A stretch of DNA of 64,000 nt, from NCBI GenBank assembly GCA_964016885.1, contig OZ024741.1, forward strand, positions 332,506,001 to 332,570,000, read 5' to 3'. The notes below the pieces were generated by a model. It saw nothing but the letters and a program-made list of their open reading frames with translations, was not told the origin of the DNA and did not search any database. Below, in pieces: positions 37,975 through 51,997 of the stretch (position 1 is the stretch's first letter; each line of letters starts with the position of its first letter). Both the position numbers and the translations under genes were made by a program. This DNA comes from Eledone cirrhosa (taxonomy: Eukaryota).

Positions 37975-40252
37975 TCATCATCATCACCGTTTTACGTCCG
38001 TTCTTCCATGCTAGCATGGGTTAGATGGGTTGTCCTGTTGTGGGCAGTGTTTGGTCGGCTGACATTTTCTTGCTCATACAGGAATTGATTCTGGCTTGAT
38101 TTCTACAGCTGGATGCCCTTCCTAACACCAACCTCATTTACAGTGAGTGTTGGGTGGTTTTTTGCCGTGGCACCTCTACGACCACTTTGCAGTGCTTCAG
38201 CTTCAGTTTGCTTCAGCTTCAGTTTGTACCCGTGGGAAGTCGGGTCTTCTGTATTACTTCATGATGCCAGAGGTCGTGGTCGTGGCCTTTGAGAGGTGCA
38301 ATTGGGTAAGGTCGGCTTTTATCACCTCATCCCAGGTCTTCTTGGGTCTCCCCACTCCGCGGCTTCCATTGTCTTCTAGTGCTTTGAGATCCAACTACAT
38401 CTCTTGTGTAGCCATTTTTTGCATTTGGGGCAGAGAATGGAGTTCCTACCTACACCTTTCCTACATACTGAGCAAGGCGATTTCCCTGAGGGGATCTAGG
38501 TTCTGTTTTCTCGTCTACTTACGAGGACCTCAGTCTTTGTCAGGTTGACTTTGAGACCCTTTCTTTCTAGTCCCTGCTTCCATGTTCGGAATTTCTTCTC
38601 TAGTTCTACCATAGATTCAGCTATAAGTGCGAGGTCATTCGCATATAGGAGTTCCCATGGGCATCTGGTCTTAAACTCCTCCGTTATTGCCTGCAAAACT
38701 ATAATGAACAGGAGGGGGCTAAGAACAGAGCCCTGGTGGACACCAACCTGTATGCTAAATTCCTCGCTATAGTCATTGCTAATCCTAACTTTGCTGACTG
38801 CTCCCCTATACATAGCTTGTACAGTTTTCACAAGCCATTCATTTACTCATAGTTTTCTAAGAGCCCACCAGATTATAGCACGGGGGACTCTGTCGAAGGC
38901 TTTTTCCAGATCAATGAATGCCAAGTAGAGCAGCTTACTTTTAGCTAGGTACTTTTCCTGTAACTGCCTCACAATGAAGAGGGCATCAGTGGTGCCTTTT
39001 CCTGGCACAGACCCAAATTGCATCTCATCTAGTTTTACCTGGTCCCTAATCAACTGCACTATAACTCTTTCCGTTACTTTCATGACCTGGTACATCAGCT
39101 TTATACCTCTATAGTTTCCTCTATCTAGTGCATCACCCTTGTAGCATCACCCTTGTAGCAGTTGACAATGATGCTGCTGCACCAATCCTTTGGTATGACA
39201 CCCTCTAGTATTACCTGGTTAACAATACGTGTGGTTATGGTGTGACCTACCGACCCAGATGCCTTCAGCATCTCGGCAGTTATACCCGATGGACCGGTTG
39301 CCTTCCCCGTCTTCATATCTTTGATTGCCTTACTTACTACGCTGCTGCTGACTTGTACTGCTGGCCCCTCTATAAGGTCCACTTGGGGTAGAGTTTCTTT
39401 TTCCCATGCATTCTCCTCATTTAGGAATCATTCATAATAGCTCTTCCACGTATCTTTCTTCTCAGCACTTGTGAGGGCAAACTCGCCTTAATCATTCCGG
39501 ATACACTTCTCTCCAATGACATCACAATTCTCTCTGACACACTGCCTCACGCTTCCTTTCTAGTTAAGTATACTTGTCGCCTAGCTTCCCTCCTGGTCTC
39601 TATGTAATGTACCCTGCTTCCCCCGTTCGTCCATTCTTTCGATGCCTGTCTCTTAGCCTTAACTGCCTCATCTACCTTATTGTTCCACCACCAAGTCACT
39701 CTCCTCCTCCCTGTGGTCTTGCTCCAACCACAGATCTCGTCCATCGCCTTTAGTAAGTTATTTTTTAGGAACTCCCAGTGCTCTTCTACATTGAATGTCT
39801 CTATCTGTTCTTCTTTACCATCATAGGTGTTGAGTAAAATATCTTTAAATCTGTTACTGGCTGAGGTGTCTTTCAGCTTCCAGATCTTCTCCAGGTTGCC
39901 TTCTGTTTCCAAGTTTGTGTAGTTCTGACAGTGAGGTTTCTGACAACTAAGTTATGTTGGGAGGTATATTCCTCGCCAGGTAAGGCTTTTGTGTTTACGA
40001 CCATCCATCTACCACATCCTCTGATGAGGATAAAACCTATCTGACCTGAATGCTCCTCTGATCTATAGGTGATCAGATGGTTGTTGGGTTTTTTGAAGTT
40101 TGTGTTACATATCGACAAGTCATTGGCGTCGCAGAATTCTAGAAGCCTGAAGCCTTCTTCATTTCTTGTGCTCCCGTGGCCTCCATGGACTCTATAGAAG
40201 TCGTCACGGTGTTTACCAACGTGTCCATTAAAATCTCCTCCAATGATTAGGA
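37975..40252 (-). mobile_element. Decayed RTE-clade LINE (APE endonuclease end, RT, PHD-like finger, C-terminus, 3' UTR)
   Basis: GGDFNGHVG, TWWWN, GKATGPSGI, FIDLEKAFDRVPR, GVHQGSVLSPLLF, YANDL (from YADDL), KVNLTKTEV, SPCSVCRKGVGRNSILCPKCKKWLHKRC, GRPKKTWDEVI; many frameshifts and deletions. Confidence 0.93.
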
Positions 40253-40273
40253 ATATATATATGTATATATATA

Positions 40274-40462
40274 TCATCACCGTTTAACATTTTCCATGCT
40301 ATCATTGGTTAGGTGGGTTGTGTGAGACAAGCCAGATCCGATGATCGTGTCTTGCTCATATAGAACTGGCTTAGTTTCTACAGCTGGATGCCCTTCCTAA
40401 CGATAACCACATTTACATTGTGGAGTGGGCGTTTTTTTGTCATGACACCAGCTGGACCACTT
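40274..40462 (-). mobile_element. RTE-tail-related short repeat
   Basis: TTTCTACAGCTGGATGCCCTTCCTAAC block and (GAT)n-type tail on the minus strand. Confidence 0.75.
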
Positions 40463-41125
40463 TGCATATATATATTTACTTTATATATATGTGTGTGTGT
40501 GTGTTATATGAGGGGCCCACCAATCCAGAGCTGCCCCCTCTACCCAAGGTCTAAATCTGGTCCTGTGTGAATATGTAGAGAGATGCTGGGAGCTAATATA
40601 AACTAGCATTGTCCGCAAGGTGTTATTAACTGTTTTAATATTAAACTGCCTGAAACTGCACATGGTTCTACAATATAAAACTGTTTTAAAGTTTTATCTA
40701 AGAGAGATGGAAAATTGGCAGAACCATTAAAATATTGAATGGAATGCTTTGTGATATTTTGTTCTGGCTTTCTGTGCTGTCATCTCACTAAGATTAACTT
40801 TGCTTTGCAGCCTTTCTTGATCAATACAAAAGAACCAGTCCTGTACGGGGGGGATGGTTACGTCTAACTGATTTTCCCGAAATTTCAAGGCATATTATGC
40901 ACATAAAAAAATTCATTTTCTTGATCTCCTAGAGCCCGCATTAGGTGAAAACCTGACTTTTTCCTGCTTCATTGAATAAAATCTTAAATATTATCCAGCC
41001 ATCAGAGTATTCGGTTTATTTTCTTTACATATTGTCCAGGCATGCAGTTTTTCCATGATTAGGTCTTTTGGTGGCCCGCGTTCCAAAATACCTTATCTCG
41101 TGCAACTAGTTATTATTATTTATGT

Positions 41126-41300
41126 TGGTGGATTGGTAGAATCATTAGAGTGTTGGACAAAATGCTCTAAGATAATTTATGTTTTGAGTCCAAATCCTAC
41201 CAAGGTCACCTTTGTCTTCTGGGGATCAATAAAATAAAGTACCAATCAAAAACTAAGATTGATATAATTGATTTTGCCCTGCACCCTAAAATTACTGTTC
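41126..41300 (+). mobile_element. Diverged MetaSINE-like SINE (others at ~40715-40845 and 46160-46310)
   Basis: GGTGGATTGGTAGAATC...GAGTCCAAATCC...AATAAAATAAAGTACC. Confidence 0.65.
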
Positions 41301-41387
41301 TGTAGTAGTAGTAGTAGCAATATTTATGATAATTTTTTGGTACAGTTTAAAACAAAAAGGATGTGCATCAGTGGTTATATAGACAAT

Positions 41388-42290
41388 TATGATGGTTGTT
41401 GTTATTGTTGTTGTTGATGATGATTATGATGATGATGTCAATGGTGGTGGTGATAATGATGATGGTGGGGGTGGAGGTGATGATGATGTTGGTGGTGATG
41501 ATGATGGTGGTGATGATAATGATGATGGTCAGGGTGGTGATAATGATGGTGGTGGTGGTGGTGGTGATGGTGGTGGTGGTGATGATGATGATGATGGCGA
41601 GGGTGGTGATAATGATGATGGTGGTGGTGATGATGATGGTGGTTATGATAATGATGATGGTCAGGGTGGTGATAATGATGATGGTGGTGGTTGTGGTGAT
41701 TACGATAGTGGTGATGATGATGATAATGATGATGATTATGATGATGGTGATGATAATGATGATAATGATGATGATAAACATTTTTCCATAGCCAAACTGA
41801 AATGATGGCAGTTGTTATTGTTGACGATGATGATGATTTTGATGACATTGATGATGATAATGATGATAATAATGATGGTGATGATGGTGATGGTCATGAT
41901 GATTTCCATAGCCAAACTGAAATGATGGTGATTATAATGATAAAGTAATTGGTGATGATGATGTTTATGATGAGTATAATGATAATGTCAATGGTGGTGA
42001 TGGTGATGGTCATGCTGGTGATGATGATAATGACAATGGTGAAGCTGATGATGTCAATGGTGGTCATGATGATGATGATGATAATGACAATGGTCATGCT
42101 GGTGATAATGATGATGAAAATTGGTGATGCTGATGATGTCAATGGCAGTCATGATGATGATGATGATGACAATTGGTGATGCTGATGATGTGAATGGTGG
42201 TCATGCTGGTGATGGTCATGCTGGTGATGATGATGATGTCAATGGTGGTCATGATGATGATGATGATGATGATGTCCATGATGATTATAA
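41388..42290. repeat. (GAT/GGT)n trinucleotide array
   Basis: Direct reading; explains the poly-D/G, poly-H and poly-M ORFs. Confidence 0.9.
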
Positions 42291-45200
42291 AAATGTTTTC
42301 CTATAGCTAAACTGAAATACTCTCTAAAAATAGTTTCGCTATCAGCATCTAATTCTTTTTCTTAATTAAAAATAAAACAAAAGAAAAAAAAGAAAACAGA
42401 ACTATACAAATAAACGAAAAAAAAAAATGTTTAAAGTGGTGGGGGAATCCCCCCCCCCCCCCGCCCCCACCAACTCCACCACCCATCCTTCAAAAAATAT
42501 AAATAAATAAAAAATATATATATATTAAAAAAATGTTTAATATTAGGTATTTACATTTTTTCTTATAACATTTTTTTTATTCATTTAACCCCCCTCCCCC
42601 CAAAAAAGAATAAACATGTTAAATAGATTTTTCTCTCTCCTCGTCTTTTTTATTTAAAAAACATATATATCACATATTTACATTTTTTCTTCCTCTTTTT
42701 AATTTTTTATATCGATATATTTATTTTTAAACAAACCCAACGCCCCTGCCCCCAAAGAAAAACAACTACAAAACAAAAAGTACAACCCCTAAAAAAGTCC
42801 AACAACAAAACAAAAGGTACAACCCCACCCCCTAAAAAAAACATATATCACATATTTACATTTTTTCTTCCGCTTTTTAATTCTTTCTTTCTTTATTTAA
42901 AAACAACAACAAAACAAAAAGTACAACCCCCCCACTCATTCCACCTAACACCCTAAAAAAACCACCCTAAAACAAAACAAAAAATAAAGAAAGACCCCAC
43001 AGAGACACATACACAATCAACGAACTAAAGTAGAATATCCAGAGAAAAGGCTAAGAAGAGATAGTCTGATTTAAGAGTGGGTACAGGCTTCTTGACATTG
43101 CATCAACACAGTTCTTGGGGATTACAACTGAATGTTGGAAGCTTAAACAGGTTGAATCAAACGAAAGTGTTTGATTTATTATTATTATTTCCCCCTAGGA
43201 TTCATTTGATTATTTTTCATGCAAAGCCAAGATCATTATCCTCTGCTGCTCTGTCAGACTCTAGGGATTTTGCTGCTTTACGTTTAGTCGTTTTTCAAAA
43301 ATTACCAAAGCCGATACTTTCCCCCTCTCCCTCACTCCCTTCCTCCACCCTCTGCTTGCTCAATTTTTCCCCCATTTCACTTCCCTTCCATTCTATCTTT
43401 CCTGCTCTGCCCACTCACTCCCCTTGTCTTCTCTCTTGCATGGCCGCCCCATCACTTATAACACACCATGCACATATATCATACAGTATGCCCTAATACA
43501 CAAACATATACACAAATACACGTACATATACATGTATACATTTATGCTACACACATATCACACACTATGCCACTATTACACAAACATGCACATACATGTG
43601 TATACATGCTCACTACACACATATACCATACACTATGCACTATTACACAAACACACACACAAATACATGCACATACACATGTATACATGTAAACTAAACA
43701 CACATATCACACACTACACACACATATATCACATGCAATACCCTAACACACAAATACACATGCAAATACTCACACATACACACTACACACCTTACCATAC
43801 ACTATGCCCTTATACACATACACATGTATACATGCACACTACTTCATAACCATACTCTGTAATCTAAAACATTAACTCACATACGCGTGCTACACACATT
43901 ACCATACAGTATGCCCTAAAACACAAATACACACACTACATACATTACACACTATGTACTACTACACATGCATTTACATACACAACACACAATACCACAC
44001 ACTATGCACTAACACAAACAGATACATACACATATATGTATAGACCCATACTATAAATATGACCACATACTATGCACTATACACGCAAATACACATACAC
44101 AGCTCACCACATTCACTACACACATTACTAAACACAAATACATACGCAAACACACACACACACTGTACACCATACACACTGCCATACACTTTACACTACA
44201 TACACAGAAACACATACATCACACACACTACACACATGACCACACACTATGCCCTATACATATAAATACACACATACACTGCACACTGTACGCACATGAC
44301 CACAAACACACACACACACACACACACACATGACACACACAAATATGCATATATACACTGCACAAAACACACAAACACTACATGCAAACACACTTACAGC
44401 CAACACATACACATACTACATACATAGTGTGTGTACAGTACATTTATAATCCAAAGAAAATGATACACTTTAGATGGAACAAAAACATGAACCATTTCTT
44501 TTGTGCGTTTACCGTGACCGTAAGAATCGTTTGCTTTGATCGAGAAAGCTTGAATCTAAAAACACAGGCATTACTTAATTTGTGCAGTTGATTTTACTTG
44601 TTTTTCTACTCCAAGAAGAAGAAGAAGAAGAAGAAAATTTAGATTTATTTCTTTATTTCTTTCTTTATTTATTTATTATCCTTTTTGTGTTTTTCTTTAC
44701 ATATTTTTTTCTATATTTCATATATATATATATATATATATGTCTGTGTGTGTGTATATATATATATGTGTGTGTGTATATATGTGTGTGTATATATATA
44801 TATATATGTGTGTATATATATATATATATGTGTGTGTGTGCAGTATATATATATATATATATATAATGTTTGTGTGTGTATATTTATGTGTATATATTTC
44901 ATTCTTTTTCATTTGTTTGTTTTTTGCGTGTTCTTTCTCCCCCTGCCTTTCTATCTGCATAGTTTCAATATTCAGAGGAAAAAAAAAATCATCTTCTAAC
45001 AGGCCACCAACACTTCTTGTCTTTGGTTTGGTTTTGATTTGGCAGTTGGGGAGTGTAGGGATGGGTAGTAGTAGTGGTAATGATGGTGATGGTGATAGTG
45101 AGGGGTAGGAAGGAGGGAAAGGAACGCATGCATATGTTGTGTAGCTAACGATTCCCAAGGAACTTGAGAGCGAAAGAGAGAGAGAAAGAGATTGGGAGAG

Positions 45201-45639
45201 AAATGTAAGCCCCACATGTCTATTGACCACAAGTCAATAAAATTTAAATACGCTGTTTATGTAAATCGAAGCCAATTTTGAATTTGGTTCGACAATTTAA
45301 TGTCGAGCGGCACAATTTAAATTCTTTTAGACAAAAATAAGCACCAGCCTCTGCAGGCTCATCTTTAATAGCATCTCTTAACCTTTGCCTTTGCAGCTTA
45401 TTTAAATATTTAAGAATGTGCAGATACCGTGCCTGTTGTTGCTGTTCTTGTTGTTCTCATTCTTGCTACTGCTGCTGCTATTTTTGTTGTTGTTTTCAAG
45501 AGTGTTAGGATTAAGATAAGCAGTCCAGATATTTGATGATTATCTTTTATGGTCTGTAAAATAGTTAAGAGCAATTGGTGTTGCAATATCGTTTGTAGCT
45601 ATTGAAGCAATCAATATTACAATGTTAACCCTATTGGAC

Positions 45640-46030
45640 AAACTTGGCGAAAACTGGCTCTGGTTCTATGAAAGAAAACTATCCATTTTAAAGTGATCCT
45701 ATTTCACCATATTGATACAAACCTAGCCAAAACTAACTCTGGTTCTATGGAACAAAACAACCTATTTTATAGGGTTCCTGTTGAACCCTTTTCATATCAA
45801 CCTGGCCAAAACTAATTCTGGTTCTAAGAAACAAAACCATACATTTTTTTAAAGGGTTCCTATTAAACCAATTTGATATCAACCTGGCCAAAACTAACTC
45901 TAGTTCTATGAGACAAAATCACCCATTTTAAAGGATTCCTATTTAACCCTTTTGATACAAGCCTGGCCAAAACTAACTCTGGTTCTATGAAACATAACCA
46001 TCCATTTTTTGAAAAAAGGTCCTATTTAAA
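45640..46030. repeat. ~79-bp minisatellite, 5 copies
   Basis: ACCTGGCCAAAACTAACTCTGGTTCTATG... at ~45643, 45721, 45800, 45882, 45961. Confidence 0.85.
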
Positions 46031-47161
46031 TTAAAATCTTCTACCATAATTCTATATTAGAATGATATGTTATGTCGTTACTACTTTAGTAATGAAATGT
46101 ATTTTGAAGAAAAAAGTTTGGAGTAGTATTTAAGATTTTTGTTTGGTGTACAGGACACAAGGTAGCGAATAGGCTGTCATTAGAACATTGGATAGAAATC
46201 TTTGCAGTACTCATTCCAGGTCTCTTTACTTTGAGTTCCAATCCTGCCTTGGTCACCTTTGCTTTACACCCTTTTGTGGTCAATAAAAAATACCAAACCA
46301 TTACTGGATCCATTCTTCCTCTATATGTCTTCCTCACTTCCTCTCTTTCTCAGTTCCCCTCTCCCATTCCCTGGAAGAAATTGGCTGTATTTAGACCTGG
46401 AGGGAGATGGGCTCTGCCAGGTTTAAAATGCCTAAGAAATACTGTACATTACCATGATGCTCCTATGATTCCGTAGAGGGGACCAGACAGATTTTGACAT
46501 TGAATTTTATGGGGTGAGTAAAAACATGTTAAAATTTGATGTAAAAACATCATAAAATCCCTATTCAGTATCGACTGTTGTGAGAATGAGTACTCAATAC
46601 CATGGTAGAGATGAAATTTTTAATTCTATTAAGGTCAAGTCAGTGTCATGTCATTCTGAGGTTTTGCCTGTGTGTTCACAAGGGCAACCCTAGATCAAGG
46701 GAGGTAGAGTGAAGAGCATGTCTGTCTCTGAAGTTTCACCTATGTGTTCATAAGGACAACGCTGTATGAAGGGAAGGAAGAATCACAAGGGCGTCTGTAT
46801 CTGGTTGCGACTGCACGGGCACCTAAAATGTTTTGTGAAACCATGATACATACTACTACCAAGTCATACTCGATTGTGAGTGATGGCTGTAGTTTAGTAC
46901 ACTTGAAATAAATAGTTAAAAGGAAAGTAGTAACAGTCACACAGTCCATCAACTCTAACTATATAATATGGCTTCTGAAAATATAACAAAAACTAAATAA
47001 TATTTTGACAATTTTTGTGAAATTATAAAGATTTCAAAGTAGCATTGATTTTATTTATTTTATTTTTTTATAAAATGTCTAACTTTCAGAAAAGTGAAAG
47101 TAAGAAAGAGAAGGAGAGGAAAAGAGAGTCAATAAAACAAGATACATACATACATATATAT

Positions 47162-47211
<50 letters not shown>

Positions 47212-47324
47212 ATATATATGTGTATATATGTATATATATATGTGTATATATATCTATATATATGTATATATATGTGTGTGTATATGTATATATATGTATA
47301 TATATGTGTATATATATGTGTATA

Positions 47325-47364
<40 letters not shown>

Positions 47365-47689
47365 TATAAAGAGAGAGAGGATGAGGGAGAGACATAGAGA
47401 GAGTAAGATAGATAGAGAGAGAAAGAGTGTATATATATATATATAGAGAGAGAGAGGGGGAGTGATAAAGAGAGAAGAGGGATAATACTGTGAATCAACT
47501 GGTTTTTTTTTTTTGTTATTTTGTGTTGTTGTTTTGTTTTTGTTGTTTTGTGTTGTTGTTTTATTGTTTGTTAAGTGTCAGATCTAAAGGAGTAGAAAGG
47601 AAATACATGATGGAGATTATTGTAATGAATCTGTCAAAAAATTGAGGAAACAATGGCAGCAGCACTAGCAGCAGTTAAGGCAGCACCTT

Positions 47690-48178
47690 CACCATCATCA
47701 TTATCATTATCACCATCACCATCACCATATTTGTCATCATTATCATCATCTTCACCATCATTATCATCATCACCATCATCTTCACCACCATCATCATCAC
47801 CATCATTATCATCATCACCATCATCTTCACACCATCATTATCATCATTACCATCATCTTCACCACCATCATCATCACCATCATCTTCACACCATCATTAT
47901 CATCATTATCATCATCATCCCCATCATCATTATCACCTTCACCATCACCATTTTTGACATCATCATCATCACCTTCACCATCATTATCACCATCACCTTC
48001 ACCATTATCAACATTACCATCACCTTTATCATTATCACCACCACCACCACCATTGTCGTCATCATTATCATCCTCACCTTCACCATCATCATCTTTATCA
48101 TCATCATCATCACCACCACCACCTTCAACATCCTCTTCACCATTATCACCACTGTCATTGTCATCATCATTACTATTG
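47690..48178. repeat. (CAT/CAC)n array
   Basis: Direct reading. Confidence 0.9.
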
Positions 48179-48179
48179 T

Positions 48180-48756
48180 TGGTGGATTGGCAGTATCGGT
48201 GGAGGGTCGGACACCTCCCTTTATGATCTGAGTTCAAATCCCGCCGAGGTTAACTTTGCCTTTCATCCTTACGGGGTTGATAAAATAAAGTACCAGTAAT
48301 ACACTGGGTAATTGCTGGCCTTGTGTCAAAAGTAGAAACAATTATTGTCAGTAGATTGGTGGTCACGACAGAGCATCAGACAACATACTTTGCGGCATAG
48401 AGTTACGTCCCTTTACGTTCTGAGTTCAAATCCTGCTGAAGTTAGCTTTGCCTTTCATCCTTATGGGGTTGATAAAATAAAGTACCAGTAATGTACTGGG
48501 TTCGATTTAATTGACTTTTTCCTCCCCCAAAATTGTTGGCCTTGTGCCTAAATCAGAAACCAGGCAGTGGATTGGCAGTATCGGTAGAGGGTCAGATGCC
48601 CTGCTTTGCAGTATAGAGTTATGGCCCTTTATGATCTGAGTTCAAATCCCGCCGAGGTTAACTTTGCCTTTCATCCTTACGGGGTTGATAAAATAAAGTA
48701 CCAGTAATGCACTGGGTAATTGCTGGCCTTGTGCCAAAAGTAGAAACAATTATTAT
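48180..48756 (+). mobile_element. Three MetaSINE-like SINEs head-to-tail (short, long, short variants)
   Basis: Copies at ~48180-48346, ~48350-48561 and ~48563-48756, each with B box and core. Confidence 0.9.
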
Positions 48757-48966
48757 TGTCACCATCATCACCTTCATCATCATCATCACCTTCACCATCA
48801 TCATCACCTTCACCATCATCATCACCTTCACCATCATCATCACCTTCACCATTATCATCATCATCATCATCATCACCTTCATCATCATCATCACCTTCAC
48901 CATCATCATCACCTTCACCATCATCTTCATCATCATCATCAACTTCATCATCATCATCACCTTCAC

Positions 48967-49007
<41 letters not shown>

Positions 49008-49014
49008 CCTTCAC

Positions 49015-49049
<35 letters not shown>

Positions 49050-49965
49050 CCTTCACCATCATCATCATCATCATCATCATCACCATCATCATCACCTTCA
49101 CCATCATCATCATCATCATCATCATCATCACCTTCACCATCATCATCATCATCATCATCATCACCATCATCATCACCTTCACCATCACCTTCATCATCAT
49201 CATCACCTTCACCATCATCATCATCACCTTCACCATCATCATCACCTTCACCATCATCATCACCTTCACCATCATCATCACCTTCACCATCATCATCATC
49301 ACCTTCATCATCAACACCATCATCATCATCATTTTGTTATTGTCTTCAACATCCTCATTGTCATCCTTATCATCATCATCATTATCGCTGCCATCATCAC
49401 CATCACCATCATCGGTATCACTAACCATCATTGACATTGTTGTCATCATCACCATCATCACCTACACCACTATCACCCCAACACTATCATCATCATCATT
49501 AACATTATCATCATCATCATTACCATCATCATCACCTACACCACCATCACCATCATCCTCATTACCATAATCATCACCAACACCGCCATCACCATAATCA
49601 CCTACACCAGCATCACCATCATTACCATCATCACCGTTATCATCATCAACATCATCGTTATCACCACCACCACCATCATCGACATCGCCACCTTCCTCAT
49701 CACTTCACTGTCATTATCACCATCATCATCATCATCATCATCACCACCACCATTATCATCACCATCATCATCACCACCACCATTATCATCACCATCATCA
49801 TAGTCAATATTTAATACACAGCCATCCTCCAATAATGGCACCACCACCACCGCCACCACCACCACCACCGCCACCACCACCACCACCGCCACCACCGCCA
49901 CCACCACCACCACCACCACCACCACCGCCACCACCACCACCACCAGCATCACCACCACCACCAAC
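48757..49965. repeat. (CAT)n/CACCTT array grading into (CCA/CCG)n
   Basis: Direct reading; begins at the SINE tail. Confidence 0.9.
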
Positions 49966-50581
49966 AACAACAAGAACATCAAAATTTGTCATGACAATAA
50001 AAACAATCCAAGCTGTTACATTTCTAACAACAACAACAACAGTGTTTATTGCAACAACAACAACAACAACAGTGTTTATTGTAATATCATCATCAACAAC
50101 AACAGTGTTGTAATATCATCATCATCGACAACAACAGTGTTGTAATATTATCATCATCAACAACGACAGTATTTATTGTAATATCATCATCATCAACAAC
50201 AATAGCAACAACAAAGCTTCATAAATAAAGGGTTTACACCTATTATTGTGACATCATCATCATCATCAACAACAACAGTTTATCAACATCATCATCATCA
50301 TTAACAGTAGCTACATTATTAACAGTGTTTATTATATCATCATCATCATCATCATCATCAACAACAACAATAACAATAGCTTCATTATTACAGTGTTTAT
50401 TATATGATCATCATCAACATCAACAATAGAATCTGCTTTAATAACAGTGTTTATTATATCATTATCATCATCATCACCCACCACCACCACCATCAATAAC
50501 AACAATAGAATCTGCTTAAATAACAGTGTTTATTATAACTTCTGGTAGAAATGTTATAATAATCGAATAATAAATGGTAAA

Positions 50582-50767
50582 TGGTGGATTGGCAGTATCG
50601 GTAGAGGGTCGGACGCCATGCTTTCAGCATAGTTACGTCCCTTTACGATCTGAGTTCAAATCCCGCCGAGGTTAACTTTGCCTTTCATCCTTACGGGGTC
50701 GATAAAATAAAGTACCAGTAATGCACTGGGTAATTGCTGGCCTTGTGCCTAAAGTAGAAACAATTAT
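50582..50767 (+). mobile_element. MetaSINE-like SINE, full length
   Basis: Near-consensus copy. Confidence 0.9.
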
Positions 50768-50772
50768 TTATC

Positions 50773-50908
50773 ATAATTGTTTCTACTTTTGGCACAAGGC
50801 CAGCAATTACCCAGTGTATTACTGGTACTTTATTTTATCGACCCCGTAAGGATGAAAGGCAAAGTTAACCTCGGCGGGATTTGAACTCAGACCATAAAGG
50901 GCCATAAC
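50773..50908 (-). mobile_element. MetaSINE-like SINE, 5'-truncated, tail-to-tail with the previous copy
   Basis: Near-exact reverse complement of 50631-50767. Confidence 0.9.
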
Positions 50909-50939
50909 TCTTGGTAGATTAACATATAATAAATGCTAG

Positions 50940-51605
50940 TGAAGGCATGTGTCTTAGTGGATAGAGAGTTGGATTCACAATTGTGAGGTTGCAAGTTAAA
51001 TTCTCGGACCAGGTAATGTTTTATGTCCTTGAGCAAGACACTTTATTTCATATTGCTCCTTCTACCAGGTGTTGCGACCAGTAGATAATATCAGCAATGG
51101 AAAGACCAATGGAAACTTTGGTTCCTTGGTTAGATTTGATGAGGTTCACCTCGCTCAGAAATGTTTTATGTCCTTGAGCAAGACACTTTATTTCATATTG
51201 CTCCTTCTACCAGGTGTTGCGACCAGTAGATAATATCAGCAATGGAAAGACCAATGGAAACTTTGGTTCCTTGGTTAGATTTGATGAGGTTCACCTCGCT
51301 CAGAAATGTGTTATGTCCTTGAGCAAGACACTTTATTTCATGTTGCTCCTTCTACTAGGTATTGCGACCAGTAGATAATATCAGCAATGGAAAGACCAAT
51401 GAAAACTTTGGTTCTTTGGTCAGATTTGATGAGGTTCACCCCACTCGGAAAGTGAATGAGGTCAGAGATCTTGTCAATTGATCAGAGCCAGCGAAATGTT
51501 AAATAATATCAGCAATGGAAAGACCAATGGAAACATTGTTTCCTTGGTCCGATTTGATGACTTCCACCCCACTTGGTAAGCCAATGAGATCGGGGACCTT
51601 GTCAA
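50940..51605 (+). mobile_element. CORE-like tRNA SINE with internal 145-bp triplication
   Basis: Single tRNA head, then units at 51016, 51161 and 51306, plus a partial fourth at ~51504. Confidence 0.85.
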
Positions 51606-51997
51606 TCAATATATATATAATATCATCATAATCATCATCATCATCAACAATTAGGACAACAACAACAGAAGCTACATTTTCAACGTATTTATTATAACAA
51701 CCATATTATTATAACATTATAACATGCTAGCATGTGTAGTGTGTATATTGATATTATACGCAAGTAGACATGTAGATATGATACATCAAATAAAATCGTA
51801 ATTGACAATATACATAGAAATTGAGCGAAGACTATGTTACACTCTCTTATGTAATCAATAACGTAATCCATGATACATTAAAAAAAAGACGATATTGTAT
51901 ATAAATTGCATTAGGAGAAAATTAGTATGTTTATTTAAGCGATCGCCACCAGAAGTGTTGACATTTGAAAATCTTAAAGAAGTGAATCTTTAAATAA

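Noticed and set aside
50582-50670. tRNA genes at A/B-box sequences
   Set aside because: They are SINE heads continuing into core and tail sequences; no complete cloverleaf is evident.
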